Shown here: positions 50,001 through 61,099 of the stretch, piece after piece
How the letters are laid out: every line of letters starts with the position of its first letter
How positions within the stretch are numbered: position 1 is the first letter of the stretch
Assembly: GCF_006345805.1 (NCBI RefSeq)
Contig: NC_043021.1
Location: forward strand, 19,282,001 to 19,346,000
Source of the DNA: Octopus sinensis
Lineage: Eukaryota
Direction: 5' to 3'
DNA: 64,000 nt
Position numbers and translations under genes: made by a program
Notes under the pieces: model-generated
Seen by the model: only the letters and a program-made list of their open reading frames with translations
What the model was told of the DNA's origin: nothing
Database searches by the model: none

Positions 50001-50059
50001 GTCGCCGTGGTACCAATCCTTCAGCCACTGGGCTGCTTTCCAGTGATTTAGACTCACCT
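50001..50059 (+). CDS. FANCM: FANCM exon 14
   Basis: ttttgaacag| RRGTNPSATGLLSSDLDSP |gtaagt; phase 1 to phase 0. Confidence 0.7.
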
Positions 50060-50799
50060 GTAAGTAACTTATTTTCTTGTCTAGCAGTAGTACATACACA
50101 CAGACAAATACACACACCAAAGGAAATAACCCATTCGCTCCTGGAAGGGATCCTTATATATAGCCAAGGGAAATAATCCATTCATGTTCATAAATTATTT
50201 AGTAAAAGTGAAATTGAGTATGCTTATTTCTTAGTATTTGAACTGTTAGAGTTATTTTCACAATTTATCCACTACAACCCTTAAACAAGTAAATAGTATT
50301 TCCTAAACAATAGATCCACTTATTTCAGTTAGTGACTTCTTTATGAATATACCAACACTAGCGCCCCTGAGAGTAATATTCTCTGGGAATGCACAAAAGC
50401 CCTTTTCAGAGTTATTTACTTTGAATTGTTATTATCTCATATCTGATTAACCTGTTATTAAGTAACATGCTTCATGATTTTAGTATACATACCTTATTAG
50501 TATCTCCTCCTATGTTCTATATACTCTGGGAACGCATTAAAGCCCTTTTCAGGGCTACTTTATTTGAATTATTACTATTGGGGAACTAATTTCATGTTAT
50601 TACATAATTGACTTCACAATTTGGGTATTCATAACTTATTGGGAATTCCTAAAAACAAGATCCTGTGTAAGACAGTTCGGTATTCTCTGTAAATGCACAA
50701 AAACCGTTTTAAGGGCTACGTACTTTGTATTGTTGTTATTGGATTAGCGAAACAATTATGAGAGCGGATTCCCGGGAATTACCGGGTATGTGTCAGCTG

Positions 50800-50830
<31 letters not shown>

Positions 50831-51513
50831 CGTTTTTATTATTATTTTGCAATTTACTTAATCATCGGTATATTATTGTTATTTTATTTTTAATATTTCT
50901 ATTATATGCAATTTTCTAGATGGTGTAATTTAATTGTTCATTTTGAATTGATAAAAGGTGGTTTTTTCTAATTTTTATATATATATATATTATATTTTGT
51001 GAAATTTGATTTAGTATTTCTAAATTGAATTTTTCCTTGTAAGTTAGGAATAATATTCCCTCAAATAATAATTATAATATATATTTTTTTGTTTTTTTGT
51101 TTTTTGTTTTTTCCAGTTTCAGCTCTTGAGCTGTGGCCATGCTGGGGCACCGCCATTATATATATATATATGCATCACAATTGTTACACTTAGTGACAAT
51201 TGAATTTTTCCTTTTCGGTTTTATATCGAGTCTAGCCAATGGGATTTATCTGAACTATCCAGCGATGGGGTAGTCACAATTGATGAGCTTTAATTTTAAG
51301 CAAAACTAGACTAGTATGGTGAGATCGTTTATCTGTGGGGAGGTTACCTTCCCTGTCAGTGCATAAACATGTGCTTTTTGTTGTGGCTCTGATGGTCTTT
51401 AACTCTTATTTCTAGCAATGTAGGTGCTACCCTGCTCCCTCAGTCTCATTTAATTACAATTAAATTATTCCTTTTAGGTTTTATATTGCATATACCTGCC
51501 TTTGATCTTTTAG

Positions 51514-51607
51514 GTGACAATAAATAGAGTTGAGAATAAGAAGAGATTTACAGGGAAAAAACGTAGAGTCATTGAAGATGAGTCAAATGAGTCTGACTTT
51601 GAAAATG
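51514..51607 (+). CDS. FANCM: FANCM exon 15
   Basis: cttttag| VTINRVENKKRFTGKKRRVIEDESNESDFEN G|gtaagg. Confidence 0.72.
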
Positions 51608-52018
51608 GTAAGGTTTCTTTTGGTAAGATTTCTTACTGATATTTTACAGATATTTCCTTTTTAAATGTTTTTTGGTTAATCTAGAGAATGAGGAAGGACA
51701 GTGCCCATGACCTGTGTAGGGTGCCACATTCCCAGATTGGTAAGTTTGGTGCGGTTAGTTTTTCCCAGTTTGTACACAACACAGTCATCATCACCAATAT
51801 CATTATCGTTTTTACGTCTACTTTTCAATGCTTGCATGGGTCGGATGGAATTTTACTGAGGTAGATTTTTTTCTGCAGCCAGGTGTTCCTTCATGTTGCC
51901 AGCTCTCACCTTGTTTCCAAGCAAGGTAATAAATCCCCCATAGCCAGACATGATTTTTCACAGAAAACTGGAAACAAACAACTTCAGTTGTTTATAACCT
52001 TGCACACACACACACACA

Positions 52019-52049
<31 letters not shown>

Positions 52050-52105
52050 CATATGTTTATGAGTCATTTGTTGGTAATGTTTTCTGTCTATATGTATGTA
52101 TATGT

Positions 52106-52158
<53 letters not shown>

Positions 52159-52399
52159 TATATATGTATACATGTGTGTGTGTGTATATATATATATTTC
52201 TGTGTGTATATATATATATATATATGTGGCTGCCCCCTCGTTATAGAGTATGGCCATTGCACGAAGCTTAATCAATGTTGTTATCGTGCAATGCCTGTGC
52301 AAGAAGAGTTTTTTTAAAGTGAGGAAAGGCTGTGCACTGAGTCAATCCCACTCAGTAAGCAACAGCAGCCATAATCCGAAAAGAAGAACAAGTCAACAT

Positions 52400-52775
52400 C
52401 ATCGGAAACCACTGAGCCGCAGGTTTTGTGTCGGAGTTATCCCAGTTACCTGAGTTACCTTCTCCTAGAAGGATGTCCTAACAAAGGCTAGGAGTCCTTC
52501 ACTCCCAATGGTTTAACCGCACGATTGGGTATTCAGTCCGATTATTTCTATGTCCCCGTGCATGATACAGCCTTAAGACGTTTATTGAATGGCCGTTGAC
52601 TCTCAAGAGTTCCTCCACCTTTGACGGGTTTTGTTTTTCATCCCGCAGGGTGTCCAATAAATACCCTCCTCACCAAGCAAGCTTGGTGGGGTTGCCGGTT
52701 TAGTCGCCGACGACCCGACCATGCAACAGGTTGTACTGGGTTACATGTTACCAGTAGCACTCGAAAGTGACCTGA
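52400..52775 (-). mobile_element. Probable RTE LINE 5' UTR fragment
   Basis: Minus strand contains tctaggagaaggtaactc, similar to RTE 5' UTR motifs as recalled. 48100-48480 may be similar. Confidence 0.4.
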
Positions 52776-52776
52776 C

Positions 52777-52873
<97 letters not shown>

Positions 52874-53139
52874 GTGTGTATATACATATATATATATCTC
52901 AAAATAAGCAACAAGGATATCCAGAGGTAAAGCAGTATGATCGTTTCATGTGATTCCATTTGATTGAACAATGCAATCATTTCATTACATCAATTTAAAA
53001 TGTAGAGCAATCTTCAGCTGCACAAAGACATAGAATTTAATTAAATTAGAACAGATGGACACGTTAGTATAATTATACCTAAAATCTCCAAGAGGCTAAA
53101 GAGATAGACAAAGAATATGTTTTACCAACAACATCATAT

Positions 53140-53193
<54 letters not shown>

Positions 53194-53523
53194 CATATGA
53201 TGAACTTCTTTCAATTTTCGTTTACCAAATCCACTCACAAGGCTTTGGTCGGGTCAAGGTTATAGCAGAAGACACTTGCCCAAGGTGCCTGTTTGATAAC
53301 TGGTGTTTGTTTGTTTACATCCCTGTAAATTAGTAGTTTGGCAAAAGAGATTAATGGAATAGGTAATGTGGTCAGGTTATTCGATTAAAACTTTCAGTCG
53401 AATGACTGAAACAAGTAAAAGGTAAAAACAACAGATCTGTTTATGTAATGTCTCCATTGATGTGAATGTATGCATTCTTCATCCTTATGTATGTCTATGC
53501 CACTGAATTTCGTATTTCTTCAG

Positions 53524-53627
53524 ATTTCGAAGCACGTCTGTCAAAACCTGGGTTGAACAGCAAAAGATCAACTCCGAAACCTGTTGTGGTATCTCAATCA
53601 AAGAGGAGGAAGATACAAAGGAAAAAT
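53524..53627 (+). CDS. FANCM: FANCM exon 16
   Basis: tcttcag| DFEARLSKPG...SKRRKIQRKN |gtaagg; phase 1 to phase 0. Confidence 0.75.
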
Positions 53628-53757
53628 GTAAGGCTCACATTAACCCTTTTGCTACCGTATTTGGGTTGAACTACACTACCTTTCTATATTTAAGAGATGG
53701 GGAATTATGTACATTATTTACATCCGACGGATATTTGTCCTCATCTTGTTTGTTGTT

Positions 53758-53803
53758 AACACAACGTTTCAGCTGATATACCCTCCAGCCTTCATCAGGT
53801 GTC
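53758..53803 (-). ncRNA. Minimal type I hammerhead ribozyme (Penelope-like type)
   Basis: GACAC CUGAUGA A GGCUG-10nt-CAGCU GAAA CG UU GUGUU. Full core, stems I and II, palindromic ACGU stem III. Confidence 0.75.
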
Positions 53804-54628
53804 TTGGGGAAATTTCGAACCTGGGTTCTCATTCCTAAGGTATTTTTCAATGTTGTTGTTATTGCAGCAAAATATCTGTGTGTGTGTGTGTGTCCTTTAT
53901 AAAAAATCAACAATTTTTCAGTTAGAGGGCTCGCACTTTCTATGGTCATTTAAAACCGTCCAAGGGCAGTCGTGCACATCTTTACATTTCCCCAGTCACC
54001 CTGCAAAGCCATTAAAAAATCAATAGAAGTGAGTTTTTTGTGAATTTTCTATCAAAAACCCAATCAAAATGCCCAAAACTTGATACGCCAATTGAATGCC
54101 AGCTAGCTGTATGTGATTGGTTGGAGATTTGGACAGTACTCGGATGTATGTGCGCACGCACGAGCACTATGACCTGGTGTTGCCGGGTCATAGTGCTAGT
54201 TATTATTATTATTATTGTTATTGTTTAGGTCACTGCTTGGAATTGAACTCGGAATCTTAGGGTTAGTAGCCCGCGCTCTTAACACTACCTTTGTTTTAAT
54301 TAATTTTGAAAATAATGAAGAATTTAGTAAATTAGCTTTGTCGTTAACAAGCTGGTATTTGGAATGCAAATTAGCGTGAAATTTGGATGGAATGTTTGAT
54401 AACTTTTAAACAGGAGGTTTGTGTCATAGAACTAAAAGTGCTTTATGGTGGGTTGCTATCAGAGGGGTTAAATTTTGGTTTATTTGTTGTTGGATAGTTG
54501 AGTTGATGGGGTGCATTAAACAGCTAGCCCAGAGGTTAGTGGTTCAAGTTGATATGTGACCAGTGGCTCTAGTGTATTAAAAAATAGGTGGGAGGATGGG
54601 TTAGATAGTGGCTGGATAGTATTGGTAT

Positions 54629-55025
54629 GAGTAGTTGTATACTGTCAACTTAATGTGACAGTCTCATGAAGGGAATCACACCACTGCTGTTTAGCCCTAG
54701 GAAGCATCAACGCTTCCTGTCGGCCTTGACACGTTTCCTGTGTCCTTATGTTTACAAGGGGGAGACAAGCACCTCCACCCGGCTAAGCCTGCACCCAGAG
54801 ATTAGTTTCTGAGTCTTTGCTCATCATCAGTCTGGGGTAGCGTGGCCTGCAAGTTGGAGATACCTGTCCAGCCCCTCTAAACATATAAGAATTCTAGTGA
54901 ATTCATAAGGACACAAGAAATGTGTCAAGGCTGAAAGGAAGCGCTGATGCTGCCTAGGGCTAAATATTAGTGGTGTGATTCCCTTCATGGGACTGTCACA
55001 TTAAGTTGACAGCATACAACTACTC
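54629..55025. mobile_element. Foldback cassette: 122-bp inverted arms around a hammerhead
   Basis: Arms at 54629-54750 and 54904-55025, 11 mismatches in 122 bp counted by eye. Confidence 0.85.
54794..54836 (-). ncRNA. Minimal type I hammerhead ribozyme
   Basis: CCCAGA CUGAUGA UGAG-CAAAGA-CUCA GAAA CUA AUC UCUGGG. Confidence 0.78.
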
Positions 55026-55653
55026 TGTCGTACCACTAAAGAGGGGTAAAGACCCCCTTCGGTCATGAATGACCATGGGATTGCACCTAGAAAGTTACCC
55101 TCCTAGACACAAGTCCGGGCAAGGTTGTTTATGGAAGGCTAGCAGTCGCCCATGCATACCAGCCTCCCCTCTCCACGCCACCAGTATTATCCAAGGGAAA
55201 GACAAAGGTCGATACAGCTTAGCACCAGAGATGTCACAACTCATTTCTACAACTGAGTGAACTGGAGCAACGTGAAATAAAGTGCCTTGCTCGAGAACAC
55301 AACACGCAGCCCGGTCTGGGATTCGAGCTCACAACCTCACGATCGTAAGCTCGACGCTCTAACCACTGAGCCATGCGCCTTCACTAAAGGCGTACCACTA
55401 CTGCTTATATATCTCTGAGATATTTAGAAATGTAATATTTCTATTTTTGTAATTAGTATTGGTATGGTTGACAGGGAAGGACAAGAGAGGTGAAAAGGTG
55501 ACGTAGGCTATAGGAGCTGGGGAAGAGGTAGTCGTAGAGCATGTTGTCAGGTGGGATGTATCAATGTAACATACTGGTGGTGAGCAAAATATACATAGCA
55601 CTTCTGGAACTGTTGGTGTATTTACCTATTTATTAATTAAATTCTTGACACAG

Positions 55654-55801
55654 GTCAATGGTGGCCGACAATTTCTTGATGAGGAAGCAGTGGTATCTGG
55701 AAGTGACTCGGAGTCTTCTAATGATGATGAAATTGCTAACAAATTGGATAATTATGAAGGAAGTTTCATTGATGACAATTATACAATGGGAAGGTCACAA
55801 G
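55654..55801 (+). CDS. FANCM: FANCM exon 17 (MM3 region)
   Basis: acacag| ..RQFLDEEAVVS...YEGSFIDD.. G|gtaggg; resembles the recalled human FLDDEAELS...DFLND. Confidence 0.9.
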
Positions 55802-55983
55802 GTAGGGTTTTTCCTTTTTTTTTTTCCTTTTTTATTTATTTTATTTAATAGGTTTTTTTTTTCATGTTCATGCCAGCATGGAAAAAATAGGGTCTGTTGT
55901 TGTGTAGCTGTTGGACATTCGGAATCCAGCTGATCAATGGCAGGTTGGTCAACATTTTAGGTATAGTCCCAGGTTTGCCTTTT

Positions 55984-56040
<57 letters not shown>

Positions 56041-56044
<4 letters not shown>

Positions 56045-56339
56045 TGAAGTATATTGCCAGCTAAATGTGGCTGATCCATAAGGGACGATGCTGCTGTAGT
56101 TTATAACCCCAGGAAGGCTTCTCCTCCAGCTGGTTGTCTCACTCTGATGACGAGTTATTATCCAGAAACCCAGGTCCATGTGTATCACGTCAGACTGGAG
56201 ATGGAAACAATGATTTCCCTTTGCAAATACTGATCGGGCACAGACAGTGCTGAAGGAAGTGTCTTCTTGGTGCTATAAACTATAGTGGCATCGTCCCATA
56301 TGGGTCAGCCACATTTAGGTGGCAAATATACTTCACAAT
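56041..56339. mobile_element. Second foldback cassette (arms of about 90 bp) with a degenerate hammerhead core
   Basis: Arms at 56041-56130 and 56249-56339. CTGATGA at 56144-56150, GAAA at 56165-56168, GTC at 56174-56176 on the + strand. Confidence 0.7.
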
Positions 56340-57023
56340 GTTGTGCTGCTACTGTTTACATCTTGCTCAGAGATTTATTATTGCTTATATGTGTGTGTGT
56401 GTGTATGAAGGTTCAGCGGTTAGAGCATTAAGCTGTACCTAACTTCAGGCCCACCAAAGCCTTGTGACTGGATTTGGTAGACAGAAACTGAAAGAAGCTT
56501 GTCATATGTGTGTGTGTGTGTTTGTTTGTTTGTGTTATTTTTCAATGCAAAACATGGATGAATTCACTCACATACATTCATAATATATGCGTGGTGTTGT
56601 TTTTAAACAAATAACTGAATAATAAGGTGTACCCTTATCAGATGGGTAGTTATGATGGATATATTGGGCTTTGTATATTTTACCCCAGTGTCACTTTGAT
56701 GGCATGCGCTGCTCTCTCAATAATAATAATAATAATAATGATAATAATAATACATGTTAAAAAAAAATTGTGTTAACTGGAAGAGCATTATCGCTGTGAA
56801 AACAACATCCATTCATGAATTTATTCTTTATTAATTTTTTAAATACATATTTTACCTGTGAATTTGTGTGCGTAATCTGGGAATGCATACAATGAGCTTC
56901 TCTGCCCTAGGTGTACGGAAAACACCCGGCGAGAAATGGAAGAAAATTTGAAGAAAGAAGGAAAAATAATAATAATAATAATAATAATAATAATTTGTTT
57001 TGTTTTTATTGTTAACTCCACAG

Positions 57024-57191
57024 TGGATATGAGGACTGTTTACTTGAAGTCAGTGAAAAGCCCCTTGCCCAAGCCAAACGCTTATAAATTACAATACAGA
57101 TATCATGCAACGGATGTGTTCTCCCAGGAGTCGGAACCTGATGCTGACTGTTATGAAGACGACAGCTTCTTGGATGACAGCAGTGAAATAT
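57024..57191 (+). CDS. FANCM: FANCM exon 18 (MM3 region)
   Basis: ccacag| DMRTVYLKSVKSP...VFSQ...YEDDSFLDD.. T|gtgagt; resembles the recalled human EMRAIYMKSLRSP...IFSQ...YLEDSF. Confidence 0.92.
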
Positions 57192-57212
57192 GTGAGTTTG
57201 GTTCTCTTCATT

Positions 57213-57258
<46 letters not shown>

Positions 57259-57317
57259 TCTCTATCTCTCTTTCTCTCTCTCTCTATCTATCTATCTCTC
57301 TCTTTCTCTCTCTCTCA

Positions 57318-57350
<33 letters not shown>

Positions 57351-57355
57351 ATCTA

Positions 57356-57386
<31 letters not shown>

Positions 57387-57784
57387 TTCTCTTTTAGGCT
57401 CCATGAAACCTTGGGGAACATACAGCCACAACAACATTTTCCCAACGGATGCAGTTCTGGGGGAATCCTCTTCAGCTCGGCCCATGTCATTCTGGCGTCG
57501 ACACTCCAGCGCCAAGACTGTTTTGGTCGACCCACTTATCACTTCCCCTGTGGGTCCCAGTCAAGAGCTTGCTTACTCTTTTACTTGTTTCAGTCATTTG
57601 ACTGTGGCCATGCTGGAGCACCGCCTTTAGTCAAGCAAATTGACCCCAAGACTTATTCTTTGTAAGCTTATGAGGAGGTGCTGAAAAGTTCCTGAGAGGA
57701 GAACATGTTGAATAAGATCATAATTACTGATCCTCCTGTATTTTCTTTTACCTAAATCCAGGGACTTTTCAGTTTCCCCTTGTT

Positions 57785-57823
<39 letters not shown>

Positions 57824-58218
57824 CTTTGATCGCAGGATGGCCTGTTGTGCTTACTTTGGATGGTAGGGCAGCCTGCTGTGATTACCTTGGATTGTAGGGC
57901 GGCCTGCTGTACTTGAGGAGACCTATTGAGTCAAGTACATCAACATCAAAATAAAAATCAAATGGAAATTGTAGTTGTGATACCTGTGCCAGTGGCACGT
58001 AAAAAGCACCAACTGATTGTGGCTGTTGCCAGCCTCCCCTAGCACCTGTGCCGGTGGCACATAAAAAGCACCCACAACACTCATGGAGTGGTTGGCGTTA
58101 GGAAGGGCATCCTGCTGTAGAAACACACCCAGATCAGACTGGAGCCTGGTGCAACCTCCTAGCTTCCCAGACCCCGGTTGAACCGTCCGACCAATGCTAG
58201 CATGAAAAATGGATGATG

Positions 58219-58262
<44 letters not shown>

Positions 58263-58265
58263 GCC

Positions 58266-58490
58266 CCCTCTTATTCATCATAGTCCTCCAGGCAGTAACA
58301 GAGGAATTCAAGACTGGCTGCCCCTGGGAGCTCTTCTATGCTAATGACCTTGTCCTCATAGCTGAATCACTACCAGAAGTAGAGAAGAAATTTCGGGTGT
58401 GGAAGCAAGGTCTAGAATCGAAGAGCCTTAGAGTTGATGTAGCAAAAAACCAAAGTCCTAGTAAGTAGGAAGGCGAACAAATCACATCCA
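58266..58490 (+). mobile_element. RTE reverse transcriptase fragment
   Basis: EEFKTGCPWELFYANDLVLIAESLPEVEKKFRVWKQGLESK. Confidence 0.85.
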
Positions 58491-58576
58491 AATGTGCGCT
58501 TACATTCATGGCCTCGTCTGCTCAGTCAAGTTTCCAGATAATCCTTACAGTTTTGGCTGGTTACACTCATATACAA

Positions 58577-58785
58577 TGAGGTGGTGCTGAAAAGTTCTCG
58601 GCTTTAAGGATATCGCAAAAGTCCTGGTTGGAGGCCCAACCTTCTGAGTTCTTTTACTGGGTTAAGAAAAACTGAAGGATCATTACAGTGTGTCAATCTG
58701 AGAACACACACTTATAAAATTATAATTAACTGATCCTCATGTATTTTCTTTTACTCAAAGCCAGGAACATTTTAGTACCCCCTCG
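58577..58785. mobile_element. Mariner-like MITE
   Basis: gaggtggtgctgaaaagttc...gaacattttagtaccccctcg|ta; shorter relative at 57670-57785. Confidence 0.6.
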
Positions 58786-59267
58786 TATGTTTGCATATGT
58801 ATGTATGCTTACACATACCCCCTCCCACGCATATATGTTCTTATTTTTTTATTGCCCACAAGGGGCCAAACATAGAGGGGACAAACAAGGACAGACAAAG
58901 AGATTAAGTTGATTACATCGACTGCAGTGCGTAACTGGTACTTAATTTATCGATGAAAGGATGAAAGGCAAAGTCGACCTCGGTGGAATTTGAACTCAGA
59001 ACGTAACGGCAGATGAAATACTGCTAAGCATTTCACCCGGCGTGCTAACGTTTCTGCCAGCTCGCCCCCTATGGTCGACTTTGCCTTTCATCCTTTCGTG
59101 GTCGATAAATAAAGTACCAGTTTCGCACTGGGGTTGATGTAATCGACTTAATCCCTTTGTCTGTCCTTGTTTGTCCCCTCTATGTTTGGCCCCTTGTGGG
59201 CAATAAAAAAATAAAAATATATATGTTCTGCTACCTGTTACCCTAATTTTTATGTTTTCTTTGCCAG

Positions 59268-59488
59268 CCACCTACAATGACACTGCAGCTACTGAAAATG
59301 CCACCCAAGAAATTGTGTCGATGGCCAAAATGGCCAAAAGTAAGGCAAAGGATTCCAATAAGAAGAGAATCATCCGTCATTTGCAGTCGACGAGTGAGGA
59401 GGAGGAGGAGGAAGAGGAGGGGAAGAGGTTTGCGTTGAGCCTGGATTTGCAGGAAAAGGGTCCGAAAGCCACGAAGGCTCCATTGAAG
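59268..59488 (+). CDS. FANCM: FANCM exon 19 (last exon recognisable here)
   Basis: ttgccag| ...SNKKRIIRHLQSTSEEEEE...KAPLK |gtatgt; phase 1 to phase 0; resembles the recalled human KKKLSRIILPDDSSEEE. Confidence 0.8.
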
Positions 59489-60362
59489 GTATGTGTCCTT
59501 TTATCACAGATTGCAGTGATTTAACAAATAAATAAATAAATAAATAAACAGAATTAATTATCAGGTGTGGGTTTGTGGTTGAGAACTAGGCTTCACGACC
59601 ACATGGTTTCAGGTTCTGTCCCACTGCGTGGCACGTTGGGCAAGCGTCTGCTGCCATAGCCCCGGGACAACCAAAGCCTTGTAAGTGAACTTGATAGACA
59701 CAAACTGTCACCAACGCCAACTCGACCTTTTTGCGGGGGTGTGCGTGGGAGTGGTCTATAAATCAAGTACCAGTTGTGTACTGAGTTCAAATTCTGCTGA
59801 GGTCGACTTTGCCTTTCACCCTTTCAGGGTAGATATATTAAGTACCAGTGAAATTCTGGGGTCGATGTAATCGACTAGTCCTCTCCCTGAAAACTTTGGG
59901 CCTTGTGCCTCTAATAGAAAAGAATTGTTAGCATGTTGGACGAAATGCTTATTGGTATTTCTCCCGTCACTACGTTCTGAGTTCAAATTCCACCGAGGTC
60001 AACTTTGCCTTTCATCCTTTTAGGGCCAATTACTTTAGTACCAGCTGTGTACTGGGATTGATCTAATCGACTGTCCGCTTCCCACCAAATTTCAGGCCTT
60101 GTGCCTATAATAAAAAGGATTATTATTATTATTATTATTATTATTAAGGTGGTGAGCTGGCAGAATTCTTAGCCTGCCAAATGAAATGTTTCGCGGTATT
60201 TCATCTGCCGCTACGTCTTGAGTTCAAATTTTGCCCTGGTTGACTTTGCCTTTCATCCTTTTGAGATTGATAAATTAAGTACCAGTGAAACATTGGGGTC
60301 GATGTAATGGACTTGCACCCCCCCCCCCCAATATTTCAGACCTTGTGCCTTTAGTAGAAAGG

Positions 60363-60416
<54 letters not shown>

Positions 60417-60999
60417 TAGTCTTATTTTTATCACATGCTTTCACTGCACTACCGTGCAAAGCTCTGTGTGCCTTGGATATGTCCTGTGGTTTGTTGTGAT
60501 GCTCTGATGCTTACTGTATTGAAAGTGTTTTATTATTATTATTGAGTGAGCGAACAGAGCATGCCATCAAAGTGACACTGGGGTAAAATATACGAAGCCC
60601 AGTATACCCATCATGACTACCCGTCTGATAAGGGTACACCAGGCACATGCATCACAACCATATGTGCGCGACATGGTGATCTCATATGAAGATAAACAGC
60701 ACATGACCTTGCAGGTGGGGCCCAGCTAGAATTTTCTTCTGGTCGAGTAACTCATCCCGCTCAAAAGGTCGTTGAATAAGGGTTGTTTAAGGATGTTGAA
60801 TGAAACACCCATGTTTCCAGAGGTGAATTATTCAAACTCCATAGAATCCCTCTCAACACATGGCTATGATGCTCCCCAACTATTTCTACTTGTGATCAGA
60901 GATGCACATATCGTCAGCCACTAAGGGACATGCTCAACTGGTAAGGTCAAACAACTGACAAGAAAATCTGTGGTATTATTATTATTATTATTATTCTTT

Positions 61000-61099
61000 N
61001 NNNNNNNNNNNNNNNNNNNNNNNNNNNNNNNNNNNNNNNNNNNNNNNNNNNNNNNNNNNNNNNNNNNNNNNNNNNNNNNNNNNNNNNNNNNNNNNNNNN
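61000..61099. other. Assembly gap (100 N)
   Basis: Run of exactly 100 N, typical of an unknown-size join. Confidence 0.99.

Noticed and set aside
52690-52775. HDV-like ribozyme in the putative RTE 5' UTR
   Set aside because: A P4-like hairpin followed by CUAA is present, but I could not build P1 and P3/L3 with correct topology.
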